The notes beneath the pieces were generated by a model. It was not told the DNA's origin. It searched no databases and saw only the letters and a list, made by a program, of their open reading frames with translations. Source: Sulfolobales archaeon (GTDB lineage Archaea; Thermoproteota; Thermoprotei_A; Sulfolobales; AG1). Taken from it: a stretch of 64,000 bases of DNA. Of this stretch, positions 40,466 through 49,719 are shown one piece after another (the stretch's first letter is position 1; the number at the start of each line of letters is the position of its first letter). A program made the translations under genes and the position numbers. The stretch is from contig JAWBYA010000003.1 of NCBI GenBank assembly GCA_038867615.1, forward strand, positions 128,001 to 192,000. The letters are read 5' to 3'.

Positions 40466-41431
40466 TCATCGCCTACCATAGTTGCTAAGTATATATTCTG
40501 CTAGCTCTTGCGAGCCATCTTTATATTTCTTTGGAACCCTTCTCCTGCACTCATCTATAGCGTTTCTAATAGCTTGTGGAGAGAGATCCTCTTGATAACA
40601 GATCCCAAGCTTCTCAGCAAGGATCTTTGCATCCTCGGCGCCTGCTGTGAGCCTCCACTCGGGGTTTGGGACTATTATTGTCGGCTTACCATATGTAAGA
40701 GCAGAATCTATGACTGTTTTTCCTAGATGTGTTACCACCAGCGATGCCCCTGCTATCCATTTCGAAAAATCAGGGTCGTAGTCGAAAACGACCCAGCTAG
40801 GCCTAGCTTTCCTATATATGTTTGGATCTACTCTTCCTGTTTGTAGAACCACGTTATCAAGATCTAGATCTAGGATTGTATCGAATAGCCTCTTATAACC
40901 ATAGGTGCCTGCAGTGATGAGTATATAGCCCTTATCATCCACACCGTATTCTGGTAGCTCATAGAGTGGTCCGAAAACCCTCCCTCTCGGGAGTATTTTC
41001 CTCTGCTCCTCCCACTGGAGCACCGTGAGATCTGCTATTCTTGCCAGGTGCTTAGCACTGGAGCTAGGTCTAGTAAACCTGACACTGCTCTCAATATTTA
41101 TAACAGGGATACCTTTAATCCACGCAATCAAGGCAGGAGCAACGCTGTGGTTGGAGCCAGTGCTTACAAAGACATCAAGTCCTCTGACCTTCTTGAGACT
41201 CTCTAACACGGCTTTCGGGAGTCCCGCGACCAGTTTTGATAAACCCTCGTTGGGACCGCGGGGTTTAATAATCTCTGTAGTCTCTCCGTACTTACCCACC
41301 TTAGAGGCAGTCCACCTATCCCCCTTAGGGATGAAGAAAACCAGCTCAGCCTTACCAGCAAGTCTTTGTGCAAGCGACACAGCATACCCGGTGTGCCCTC
41401 CTCCACTAGCCGCTATGCCTATCCTCAACAT
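40466..41431 (-). CDS. agl24: Agl24-type Alg14/Alg13 fusion GlcNAc transferase (N-glycosylation)
   Basis: ASGGGHTG, TGSNHS, IES..R, QWEEQ, GTYGYKRLFD, LQTG. Confidence 0.82.
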   Translation of the reverse strand: MLRIGIAASGGGHTGYAVSLAQRLAGKAELVFFIPKGDRWTASKVGKYGETTEIIKPRGPNEGLSKLVAGLPKAVLESLKKVRGLDVFVSTGSNHSVAPALIAWIKGIPVINIESSVRFTRPSSSAKHLARIADLTVLQWEEQRKILPRGRVFGPLYELPEYGVDDKGYILITAGTYGYKRLFDTILDLDLDNVVLQTGRVDPNIYRKARPSWVVFDYDPDFSKWIAGASLVVTHLGKTVIDSALTYGKPTIIVPNPEWRLTAGAEDAKILAEKLGICYQEDLSPQAIRNAIDECRRRVPKKYKDGSQELAEYILSNYGRR

Positions 41432-41804
41432 GGTCTGGCCGAGGTATTATTTCACCAGCCCCCTATAAACCAAATTTGATAATACCACTCGCTTTAGATA
41501 TAGGATTCTTCCTAATACCTAATTCACTAACTATGATTCCATTGAAGGCTATATCGAGTATAAGTTGTGATAGTGCTTCACGGCTTCATAGCGTCCTCTT
41601 CAACTGCTGCGCCTTGCCGAGGTGTGGGCTGTATCTTCTTAATATCATAATATTTTAGAAAGCTTGGAGCTTTTATCCTAGGAGTAGCCCTATCTATATA
41701 CTCGGCCAGATCTTTAGATCGCTGCTTCTCTCAACCAGATATGGAGATCTATATTAATACAGATTTAAACTATGTAAAAACCGTGATTCGGGGCTAGGGA
41801 TGTA

Positions 41805-43586
41805 ATGACAAAAGATCTTGCTGACGAGACGAGCATCGCCCTAGGCGTAAAAACACAAGAAACAGTCGTGAGATCCCTAGCTGTGGGGGTATTGATAGGT
41901 GCTCTCATGGGCTTTGTCAATAGCTATGGTTACGCGGTAACAGGGTATATTGTTGCCGAAATAAGCCTTGTTGTGGTTCCAATCATAGCCAGGCTTCTCT
42001 TGGGTGGCAGGGCAGAGCCCCAGGAGATCTTTTTAGCGTCTGTGGCAGCATTCGGCGTCTCGTTCTCGACTGTGATAACTTCTGGTATGGTGATTACTTT
42101 CTTTCTAACCTCGAATATCTATCAGATCTTCTATAGAGCCAATGATTTCCCACAATGGCTTTATAGCGATGTAGCCACATGTCTTCCAAATATATTTGCG
42201 TGCCAGTGGCCCTATACATACATAGCGCTAGCAGCACTCAGCCTTACTGGAGTTGGTTTTGCATATATGTTTAGACACATATTCCTTGATAAACTAAACC
42301 TACCATATCCGATAGGCATTGCATCGGCGCTAATGAGTCAGATTGTGACAACAGTCAGGACCAGCAGGATTATTCTTCTCTCGATACTCGCTGGAATCCT
42401 TCTCCAGCTGGGTTTCCTCATTCTACCAACAGGGTCTGTAGATCTAACTCCTCTTTTCGCAGAGAAAGGGTTAGGAGTGTTGGTTAAGCTATCTTTGGAT
42501 GTAACGATGCTGTTGATAGCCTTGATAATACCCCCACGTATATCCGGGAGTATAGGTAGTGGTAGCATTATAACATCCCTATTCCTCCTCCCCTTAGGTG
42601 CTTCTCTAGCCCTATACCCAGTACGCCCTGGCGCCTCTTCAGACGAGCTTTTAAACGCCTCCTCGTGGTATTTAGCATCCCTTGTCTTCGGATCGGTGAT
42701 CCCATTGCTTTTAGCTATATTGAAGAGTATAAGGACGCCTCTAGTATATCTGCTTAGGACTATAAACGAAAGTGCGAGATCCTTATCCCTTATGTTACTT
42801 CTATTCGTGGGTTTGCTAGGACTTCTTGTCCTAGCATACCTCAGGTCGGACTCTCCCGGTCCTTGGTTCATATTCTTCGGACTGATCCTTGTTATGATCA
42901 TAATACCCCTGCTCATCATAATAACCTCGTGGGGTGCTGGCGAGGCAGGAACCGTTTCGCAGGCTTTCTACCCATCATCTACTGTCTATATGTATGTCAC
43001 GGGGTTCAGGGGTTTTGCTCCATATGTTTATCTCGATCACTATTTAGGCGTGCCTATGCCATCTGCGCTGAGCGCTGCCTCTCTACAGATCCTCAGGGGA
43101 TCAAGGATCCTGGGTGTGTCGCCCCTAACAGCTCTTACGGTGTTTTCTCTATCATACCTTCTAGGATCTCTAGTAACGATATACTATGGCGCACTCCTCA
43201 TAAGCATCTATGGCAATGACCCTTCAAAAATGCCTCTCGATAGATGGATACCATATACGATTTGGAGCTTAACTATATATAGGGGAGAACTAGATCCTTG
43301 GCAAACCCTCCCAGGAGCAACTGTGGGGGCTGTAACGGCAACTATGTTGCTTCTGGCAAACAGGTTTTTGGGGCAGGCTTTATCTCCAATACCCTTTATA
43401 ATTGGGCTCACATTACCATCGGATCTAGGCGTGCTCTTCATACTGGGCTCTTTTATCAGGTGGCTTGTATCTAGATTCGGGGCTGTTGCCGAGAAACAGT
43501 TTGTTATGTTGGTGAGCTCAGCATTGGCAGGAGCGGGGATAGCTATTGTGATCTACACGTTTGGTAGCATGTTCGGGCTCTTCTAG
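41805..43586 (+). CDS. OPT-family oligopeptide transporter-like membrane protein
   Basis: RSLAVGVLIG, FRHIFLDKLNLPYPIGIASA, GEAG; very hydrophobic. Confidence 0.75.
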   Translation: MTKDLADETSIALGVKTQETVVRSLAVGVLIGALMGFVNSYGYAVTGYIVAEISLVVVPIIARLLLGGRAEPQEIFLASVAAFGVSFSTVITSGMVITFFLTSNIYQIFYRANDFPQWLYSDVATCLPNIFACQWPYTYIALAALSLTGVGFAYMFRHIFLDKLNLPYPIGIASALMSQIVTTVRTSRIILLSILAGILLQLGFLILPTGSVDLTPLFAEKGLGVLVKLSLDVTMLLIALIIPPRISGSIGSGSIITSLFLLPLGASLALYPVRPGASSDELLNASSWYLASLVFGSVIPLLLAILKSIRTPLVYLLRTINESARSLSLMLLLFVGLLGLLVLAYLRSDSPGPWFIFFGLILVMIIIPLLIIITSWGAGEAGTVSQAFYPSSTVYMYVTGFRGFAPYVYLDHYLGVPMPSALSAASLQILRGSRILGVSPLTALTVFSLSYLLGSLVTIYYGALLISIYGNDPSKMPLDRWIPYTIWSLTIYRGELDPWQTLPGATVGAVTATMLLLANRFLGQALSPIPFIIGLTLPSDLGVLFILGSFIRWLVSRFGAVAEKQFVMLVSSALAGAGIAIVIYTFGSMFGLF

Positions 43587-43596
43587 GTGGTGGTAT

Positions 43597-45255
43597 ATGG
43601 ATATCCTAGCCATGATCCATATAGCTATTTCTCTGGCGGCTCTCGCGTTGCTCTTAGTGATCTTTGTGAGAATGCTCAGGACAGAGTATCTTGGCGATGA
43701 GCGTAGATCTATTGTGTATGGTTTAAAAAACCAGCAGATATCATCCCAGTTTATAATTCTAGCTAGGTATGTGAAGAAGCTCATAGCGTCTTGGGAGTAT
43801 TTGTTACTGATCATAACATTTATAGCTATGGCGTCAGTGCTCTCTTACCATGTAGAAGAGAGGGGAACCATATCTATGACCCTGATACCTATAGGCATTC
43901 ATCTTACAGAGAACCTTTCCATACTCTACTCATCTAGCGGGTTAAACCTAACAAGCCTACCAGAGGGAGTGGTGGTAGTGGAAATCTACCTAGGAGCCCT
44001 TGACGAACCAACAGTTATAGAGGCTGGACAAAGGATCTTCAGAGCATTTAGCGTTATTGCTATAAGCTGTAACCTTGAAGCTAGCAATACCCCAGAGTCA
44101 GGGTTTAGGGAGCTGCTTCTTACTATATGCCAGCCTAGAGATGATAGATCTATATATCTGGTGACCAACAGACCCTTGGATAACATGAGCTATGATAGGG
44201 CTATCCTCTATTATAAAGATAAAGAGCTGGGGGTCAGGGTAGAAGGCTATGGTGAGAATCTTCTTAAGGCTCTTAAAAGCATACCATGCGTGGGCGATAG
44301 TACTTCTGGATTCGTTAGCTCTATGAGATATAGTGGGGGTTTGGTGACACCTAGAAGGTTTATAGAGATCTTTGGTCTCGATAACCCTAGCATAGTTGTT
44401 GTATCAAACATAACCTCAGCAATAGGTATTGAGAGGCTTAGAGACACAGGAGCCGAGATCATATGTAGCGGGGCACAAAGATCGGGAGAAGCAATCATGT
44501 ATACCGTCTATAGACATAGACCTGTTATTCAACAGCTGATCGATATCATCATTGCCGGTTTAGCTGGTGGTGTGATTTTAATAATATTCAATAGATCTGT
44601 TATTCCTAGGATCATGCCCGGTAGTGAGGCTATACTGATATCAGGCGGTACATACTGGATTTCAAGACTTTTACCACTCGTATCAATAGCCGTTGCAGAG
44701 CTGCTCTCGCTGTTGGTGTTCACACTATCCTACTCAATGCTCCTCCCGCTGGGAATGGGTGGAGAGCCTTTTATAAGCCCTCCAGGTTTTCTGTTGGTCT
44801 CAGTAATATCTCTCTCCATATCTGTAGCCCATATGATGAGGGTGAAGACCTCATACACTACGGTTTCTGCAGCATATATTGAGAAGGCTATCCCGGTGCG
44901 TGAGTATAGCTATGTGGTTGAAGATCTATCTCATAAGGATGTCTCAAGATCTATTGCCAAAGCGCTAGAGACCAGCGAGTTCTTCTCCATTATGGAGAGA
45001 GAGGTTATGGAGAAGGAGGATGTGGTTAGCATGAGGCTAAGGCTTCTCTATAGATATGCAATAGGTGTGGGGGCAGATGTTAGCATATATATATCAAAGC
45101 ACAATAACGGATCATTCATAGATGTTGAAGTCGAACCCTGGAGTGTCGATGCTAGTAGGGGAGGTGTCATTGACAGTGTAGCCAGAATGATCCTAAGTAG
45201 GATCTCGGGGGTGATAATTGTTGACAGAATCTCTAGGGATCTTGGCAAGAACTAA
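43597..45255 (+). CDS. Membrane protein with large extracellular domain, FtsX/MacB-permease-like topology
   Basis: Two N-terminal TM helices, ~240-aa soluble domain, three TM helices, C-terminal alpha/beta domain; GGTGGTGG SD. Confidence 0.6.
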   Translation: MDILAMIHIAISLAALALLLVIFVRMLRTEYLGDERRSIVYGLKNQQISSQFIILARYVKKLIASWEYLLLIITFIAMASVLSYHVEERGTISMTLIPIGIHLTENLSILYSSSGLNLTSLPEGVVVVEIYLGALDEPTVIEAGQRIFRAFSVIAISCNLEASNTPESGFRELLLTICQPRDDRSIYLVTNRPLDNMSYDRAILYYKDKELGVRVEGYGENLLKALKSIPCVGDSTSGFVSSMRYSGGLVTPRRFIEIFGLDNPSIVVVSNITSAIGIERLRDTGAEIICSGAQRSGEAIMYTVYRHRPVIQQLIDIIIAGLAGGVILIIFNRSVIPRIMPGSEAILISGGTYWISRLLPLVSIAVAELLSLLVFTLSYSMLLPLGMGGEPFISPPGFLLVSVISLSISVAHMMRVKTSYTTVSAAYIEKAIPVREYSYVVEDLSHKDVSRSIAKALETSEFFSIMEREVMEKEDVVSMRLRLLYRYAIGVGADVSIYISKHNNGSFIDVEVEPWSVDASRGGVIDSVARMILSRISGVIIVDRISRDLGKN

Positions 45256-45616
45256 CTCCCTATGGTTTAGAAGATCGGCAGCTCTCTTCTTAGCAGCGGC
45301 TACGATGATCAACACAATATTGGTTATAGAGATCCCCAAGGGTTTTACAGCCTATGCCTACTCCATAGTCTCGTCAATAGCTATTTCGATCTTAACCCTC
45401 AGCGGGCTTAAGAATACTTTAGAAAGCTTTTTCAGAGCACTGCTTTACTGTGGTGGGGGAAGGGTTAGCAGGATTACAGTGCTGCTATACACTTCTATAA
45501 TAGCATCTCTGCCAAGCTATCCTATATCTGTTTTGCTAAACGCCCCCTATGTATCTATTGCAGTCTTTGCTCTATCGTTGTTATATGTATCAAGGATCTC
45601 TAAGTATGTTGGGTGA
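45218..45616 (+). CDS. Small multi-pass membrane protein
   Basis: About four hydrophobic segments; overlaps the upstream gene. Confidence 0.6.
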   Translation: MLTESLGILARTNSLWFRRSAALFLAAATMINTILVIEIPKGFTAYAYSIVSSIAISILTLSGLKNTLESFFRALLYCGGGRVSRITVLLYTSIIASLPSYPISVLLNAPYVSIAVFALSLLYVSRISKYVG

Positions 45617-45620
45617 CACG

Positions 45621-46115
45621 CTAGACAGATCTTTGTGCTACTCCGTATCTACTATCATATTCATGCGCCCTTTTGATCGCTCTCCTTAGGGTTCCCGTGA
45701 TCTTTATGGGCATTACTATTATCACAGCGTCGCCACACCTCCTTAGCCTCGATATAGCAAAGATCGTCTTGTATATATCTGTAGAAACGATCCTAACGAT
45801 CCCCACACCGCTTTGGGCATTATATCTCACCAGTTTTAGACTCCTCTCAACATCATCGAAGATCCCCAGTTGTTCTGCGAAATGATTTTTGAAACATTTA
45901 TCGAGATTCTCAAAGTCTATTTCACCCTTAATCCTATAGATCCTGAACACCATATATCTTTTCGAATGTCTAGGTCTCTTATATTCAACACTGCTCTCCA
46001 TCGACACTAGATGTTGTCTTTTCATAGAGATGTAGAGCCATATAGAGATCGAGACGGATGTTATAGATAATGTGAGTGCCAAGAGAATCAATATAGATTC
46101 AAGCCAGGTCTCCAT
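45621..46115 (-). CDS. rnp2: RNase P protein Pop5/Rpp14 with N-terminal hydrophobic helix
   Basis: KRYMVF, GIVR, TGTLRRA; adjacent to rpp30. Confidence 0.85.
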   Translation of the reverse strand: METWLESILILLALTLSITSVSISIWLYISMKRQHLVSMESSVEYKRPRHSKRYMVFRIYRIKGEIDFENLDKCFKNHFAEQLGIFDDVERSLKLVRYNAQSGVGIVRIVSTDIYKTIFAISRLRRCGDAVIIVMPIKITGTLRRAIKRAHEYDSRYGVAQRSV

Positions 46116-46726
46116 CTCCTAACTACCTCAACCCACCCGAAAGCCATGTTAATAAATCGTCTATCGACTAGTGCGTAGAGAATTCTTATAGATCCTGGAG
46201 CCCATATCTCAACAGGATCTCTAGCTCCTGATGAGAACGCCACATCTATACCCTCCTTAGCTGCCAGTCTTACACATCTAATAATTCTTGAGAGAAACCT
46301 GGGCATTATCTTGTTGTCTAGAAGCGCGCTGATCACGATCTCAATTGCTAATGAGCCCCTCCTCATAACCTCGATCTGCTCCTCATCACATAGATCTATA
46401 TTGTTATGGTCGAAAAGCAATGTAGATGCTCTCCTAACTTTCCCAGCCCTTCTTGCATCGCTCCTAGTATTTGGTCTAAAAGCTACTAGGAATCCGCTGC
46501 TTGGTCTGAAGAGGCTTATGTCTTTAACTACTTTTCTCGGGATTATTAAAAGCTCCCCTATATTATGTATCTTATCAACATCAACACGACCGATAACCTT
46601 ATAACCTATCTCAGTGTAGAGGGATGCTGCATGGCTGGGGTCTCCTTCTATCATTGTCAACAGATCCGCGTAGATCAGTTCAGACCTCACCCCGCAAGGA
46701 TCTGAAAACACGCTCCACAAAACCAA
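46088..46726 (-). CDS. rnp3: RNase P protein Rpp30
   Basis: AIEI, FSSGARDP..IWAP; located between the RNA-binding protein gene and pop5. Confidence 0.75.
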   Translation of the reverse strand: MVLWSVFSDPCGVRSELIYADLLTMIEGDPSHAASLYTEIGYKVIGRVDVDKIHNIGELLIIPRKVVKDISLFRPSSGFLVAFRPNTRSDARRAGKVRRASTLLFDHNNIDLCDEEQIEVMRRGSLAIEIVISALLDNKIMPRFLSRIIRCVRLAAKEGIDVAFSSGARDPVEIWAPGSIRILYALVDRRFINMAFGWVEVVRRWRPGLNLY

Positions 46727-47147
46727 TGCTTCTAGCCCCTGGCAGGGTTAGCACGACTCTTATTATATCATCCCCATCCATGATCCTTATCCTCCCTAGA
46801 TACGCATCCTGTTTAGAGATCCTGATAAAAACCCTACCCTTACCATCGAACCTCCTATCAAGCGTATAGATCATCGTTTCGAAATCACCCTTTTCAAGCC
46901 TGGATAAGATATAGCCAGCTATACGCTCGGCACTTTTACCCTTAAACCTAGCCACGATCCTCGTTATCGGGTTTCCATAATGCCCCTCAAGAGAATCCAT
47001 ACTATATACCCTCTCAAACTCTCCCCAGAGATCCTTTGGCATGATATTCTTTACAGCCTCTAGCACTCTCCCCAGATCCTCTGTGGCATGAGATATGGTT
47101 GATATCTCAACTATACTCACCCATCCCTGCCTAGCACGAGACTCCAT
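46680..47147 (-). CDS. Predicted exosome-associated RNA-binding protein (COG1325-like)
   Basis: HATED, GHYGNPI, RISKQ.AY. Confidence 0.85.
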   Translation of the reverse strand: MESRARQGWVSIVEISTISHATEDLGRVLEAVKNIMPKDLWGEFERVYSMDSLEGHYGNPITRIVARFKGKSAERIAGYILSRLEKGDFETMIYTLDRRFDGKGRVFIRISKQDAYLGRIRIMDGDDIIRVVLTLPGARSIGFVERVFRSLRGEV

Positions 47148-47522
47148 TGTTCAGACCCTCCTACCACGAGAAAATCTTTTGAACAAACCTACAGAATCTA
47201 TAATCTCTCTTCTGGGAAGAATTTTCACAGTTGTAGAACAAAGCAGTTCCGTACCCTCCCACCATCAATTATACCAGGGAACTAATTAGTAGCAAACCAG
47301 GACTCTTTTCACTGGGGTCTTTATCTTTGGTCTCTGCCTGTTTGGGGTGGCCCTGATCCGTAGCTCTTTTTTGTTGTGTTGTTCTGCTAAGTGCTGTGGT
47401 GAAACCCCTTATCTCGGCTCTGCTGCAAAATAACCTATATAATGCTCCCCAGAACCACAGACCCAATATACTCAACATCATTTCTTATAAGCCCTCATGA
47501 GATCCGAAACGGCTGGCTACGG

Positions 47523-48863
47523 TTATATTTTTGCAGAGATCTTTTTATATATAGCCTTATACTCTGCTATCACAATATCCGTGTTCTCTGTTATGATCCA
47601 TAATTGTGTGATGAAGAGTGCGGTAAAGAGCGGGGCGAGCTGAACCATGTAGAAGCTGTACTGTGAGTGGTTACCAGCTATCCAGAGAACTACGTATCCC
47701 AGCCATGTTAGGAAGCTGGCGATCGCGAGCATCGAGATGCATTGAAAAACCCTTGCAAGGGTTATAAGAAATACTGCAAGGACCAAGGAGCCTATGTAAA
47801 CATATATATTGCCCCTAGCAACAGTGTCTGGCGACACCGTTAGGTAGAAGGGGTTCTCGCCATACAGCCACATCCACGGGGCTGAGACTGGAGGTCCCTC
47901 GCCGGGTGGTGTTTTTGTTTTGAGATGCCAGTTTATGGCCCCAACCATGCTTTGTTCATACCAGGTTTGGGGGCTGAAAGATATTATTATGGGTATGTTT
48001 ATTAGTATGAAAACAGCTATTGGAACTATTATGAGATCTCGGTATATTTTCACGATGCTGTTGCCTCTCATTATTATAGCTATAAGTAGCAGGGGTAGCG
48101 CGGTGAATGCACCGCTCATTTTTGTCGATACGGCGAGTCCGAGGAAGACTCCTGATAGCGTTAAGGATCCTTTTAGCATAGCGTATACAGATAAGGCTGT
48201 AAAGAGGGCTAGGAAGATGTCCAGCATAGCAACTCCAGCCATACTTCTTACCAGGGGGTCTGCGGCTGTTAGTATTGATGCAAGCACGGCGTAAACATTA
48301 CTTCTGGTTATCTCTCTCACTATGAGTCCAACTACTATGCATAACAATCCTCCAGAGATCATGCTTGGAATCCTCCACATATCTGGATAATCCCCCAGAA
48401 GGATCATTGGTAACATTATAAGATACTTTCCCAGAGGCGGGTGCTCCATGTTATAGTAGTTGTTAATATTATCTGCATCACCATACTCATATCCAGGTTT
48501 AACCTCTATGACGCCCGGGATGCTTGAGATCTTCTCTAGGGTGTTGCTTGATTGTGCCTCAACATATATAGCCCATGCTTTTTCCAACCTTTTGATGATC
48601 TTAACTCCCTGTATCGATTGGATCTGATTAGCCATAGAGTTTAGGTCGATTGTCCGGCTTATAAACACGGTAGCTGTAGTGGTCTGTGTTTTTGGCTCTA
48701 TACCGAATTTTAGGAGAAGGTTTCTTGCAGCATCTACATACCACACCTCGTCAGAGATGTATGACTCACGGTAGGGGATGGAGGAGTAATAGCTATCAAC
48801 GGCAAATACAAATCCGAAGAATATTATGATAAAGGCTAGGGCTACATAGAGGCTTCTCCCCGT
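47523..48863 (-). CDS. GT-C/PMT-like (GT39-related) membrane glycosyltransferase; start uncertain (ACG 48863 proposed, first canonical GTG 48746)
   Basis: YISDEVWY, EHPPLGKY, WRIPS, AMLD, GLAVSTKMSG; frame open up to the rpl37e stop. Confidence 0.8.
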   Translation of the reverse strand, partial: TGRSLYVALAFIIIFFGFVFAVDSYYSSIPYRESYISDEVWYVDAARNLLLKFGIEPKTQTTTATVFISRTIDLNSMANQIQSIQGVKIIKRLEKAWAIYVEAQSSNTLEKISSIPGVIEVKPGYEYGDADNINNYYNMEHPPLGKYLIMLPMILLGDYPDMWRIPSMISGGLLCIVVGLIVREITRSNVYAVLASILTAADPLVRSMAGVAMLDIFLALFTALSVYAMLKGSLTLSGVFLGLAVSTKMSGAFTALPLLLIAIIMRGNSIVKIYRDLIIVPIAVFILINIPIIISFSPQTWYEQSMVGAINWHLKTKTPPGEGPPVSAPWMWLYGENPFYLTVSPDTVARGNIYVYIGSLVLAVFLITLARVFQCISMLAIASFLTWLGYVVLWIAGNHSQYSFYMVQLAPLFTALFITQLWIITENTDIVIAEYKAIYKKISAKI

Positions 48864-48878
48864 GGCTCTGGCACCTAA

Positions 48879-49073
48879 CTATCTACTTGGGAGCCTGGCT
48901 CTATTCACCTTTCTAGGAGACCAGCTATATCTCCTCAACCTACTCGATCTGCCAAAACCACATGCTGCACAGTATTTTTTAGAAACATTATAGGCGACCC
49001 TCCCACATCTTCTACACTTTATATGGACAACCTTCCCGGATCTCTTCCCCATAGACGGTGTTCCTTTAACCAT
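48879..49073 (-). CDS. rpl37e: 50S ribosomal protein L37e
   Basis: [21 protein letters not shown]. Confidence 0.97.
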   Translation of the reverse strand: MVKGTPSMGKRSGKVVHIKCRRCGRVAYNVSKKYCAACGFGRSSRLRRYSWSPRKVNRARLPSR

Positions 49074-49087
49074 GGCTCACACCAGCC

Positions 49088-49318
49088 CTACTTAACCTCA
49101 GAAGGTGATATGAGAACAACATTTTCTCCCCTTATGACTATGGTTCCCAGTCTTCTCGTTGTACCGTCGGCTTTTATCTCTTCGGCATTATCGAGCACTA
49201 TATTTAGATACACATCAAAGCTTCTAAGCCTACCCCTAACATCCCTATCACCTCTAAGCCTTACGAGCACTATCTGGCCTATAGAATCACTCAATATCTT
49301 GTGAGCCGTCTCAGCCAC
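49088..49318 (-). CDS. Sm-like archaeal protein SmAP1
   Basis: GRLRSFDVYLNIVL, IRGENV; directly upstream of rpl37e. Confidence 0.93.
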   Translation of the reverse strand: MAETAHKILSDSIGQIVLVRLRGDRDVRGRLRSFDVYLNIVLDNAEEIKADGTTRRLGTIVIRGENVVLISPSEVK

Positions 49319-49719
49319 TCATCTCACCACTGCTTCACATAGAATTGAGTCTAGGGATATTTAAAGGCTATATCTAGATCTCTCCTTTACTCTTCGATAT
49401 TTGTTGGCATTATTTGACGCTTGTTATACCTAGGACTTCCGCACACCCGTATGGTTTCTGCCATTCGCAGGAGTTATAGGAGGAGTTATAGGTTGTGGTG
49501 ATGTCCATGGTGTTGGAATTATGTCGCAGTTGGGAAGACCTCGATTGCGGCAAGATTCGCGAAAACTATGGAATCTTATTGGAAACGCTGGTTAAGGAAG
49601 ACGCTGGTAAATTCGAGCTGAACCTCTATATTGGTTAACCATACCGGCTGTATAGCGGCTGTATATCCCTGGAATCCATGGCTATATCGCCCTCTACGCA
49701 CCTTATACACGGTGCTATA

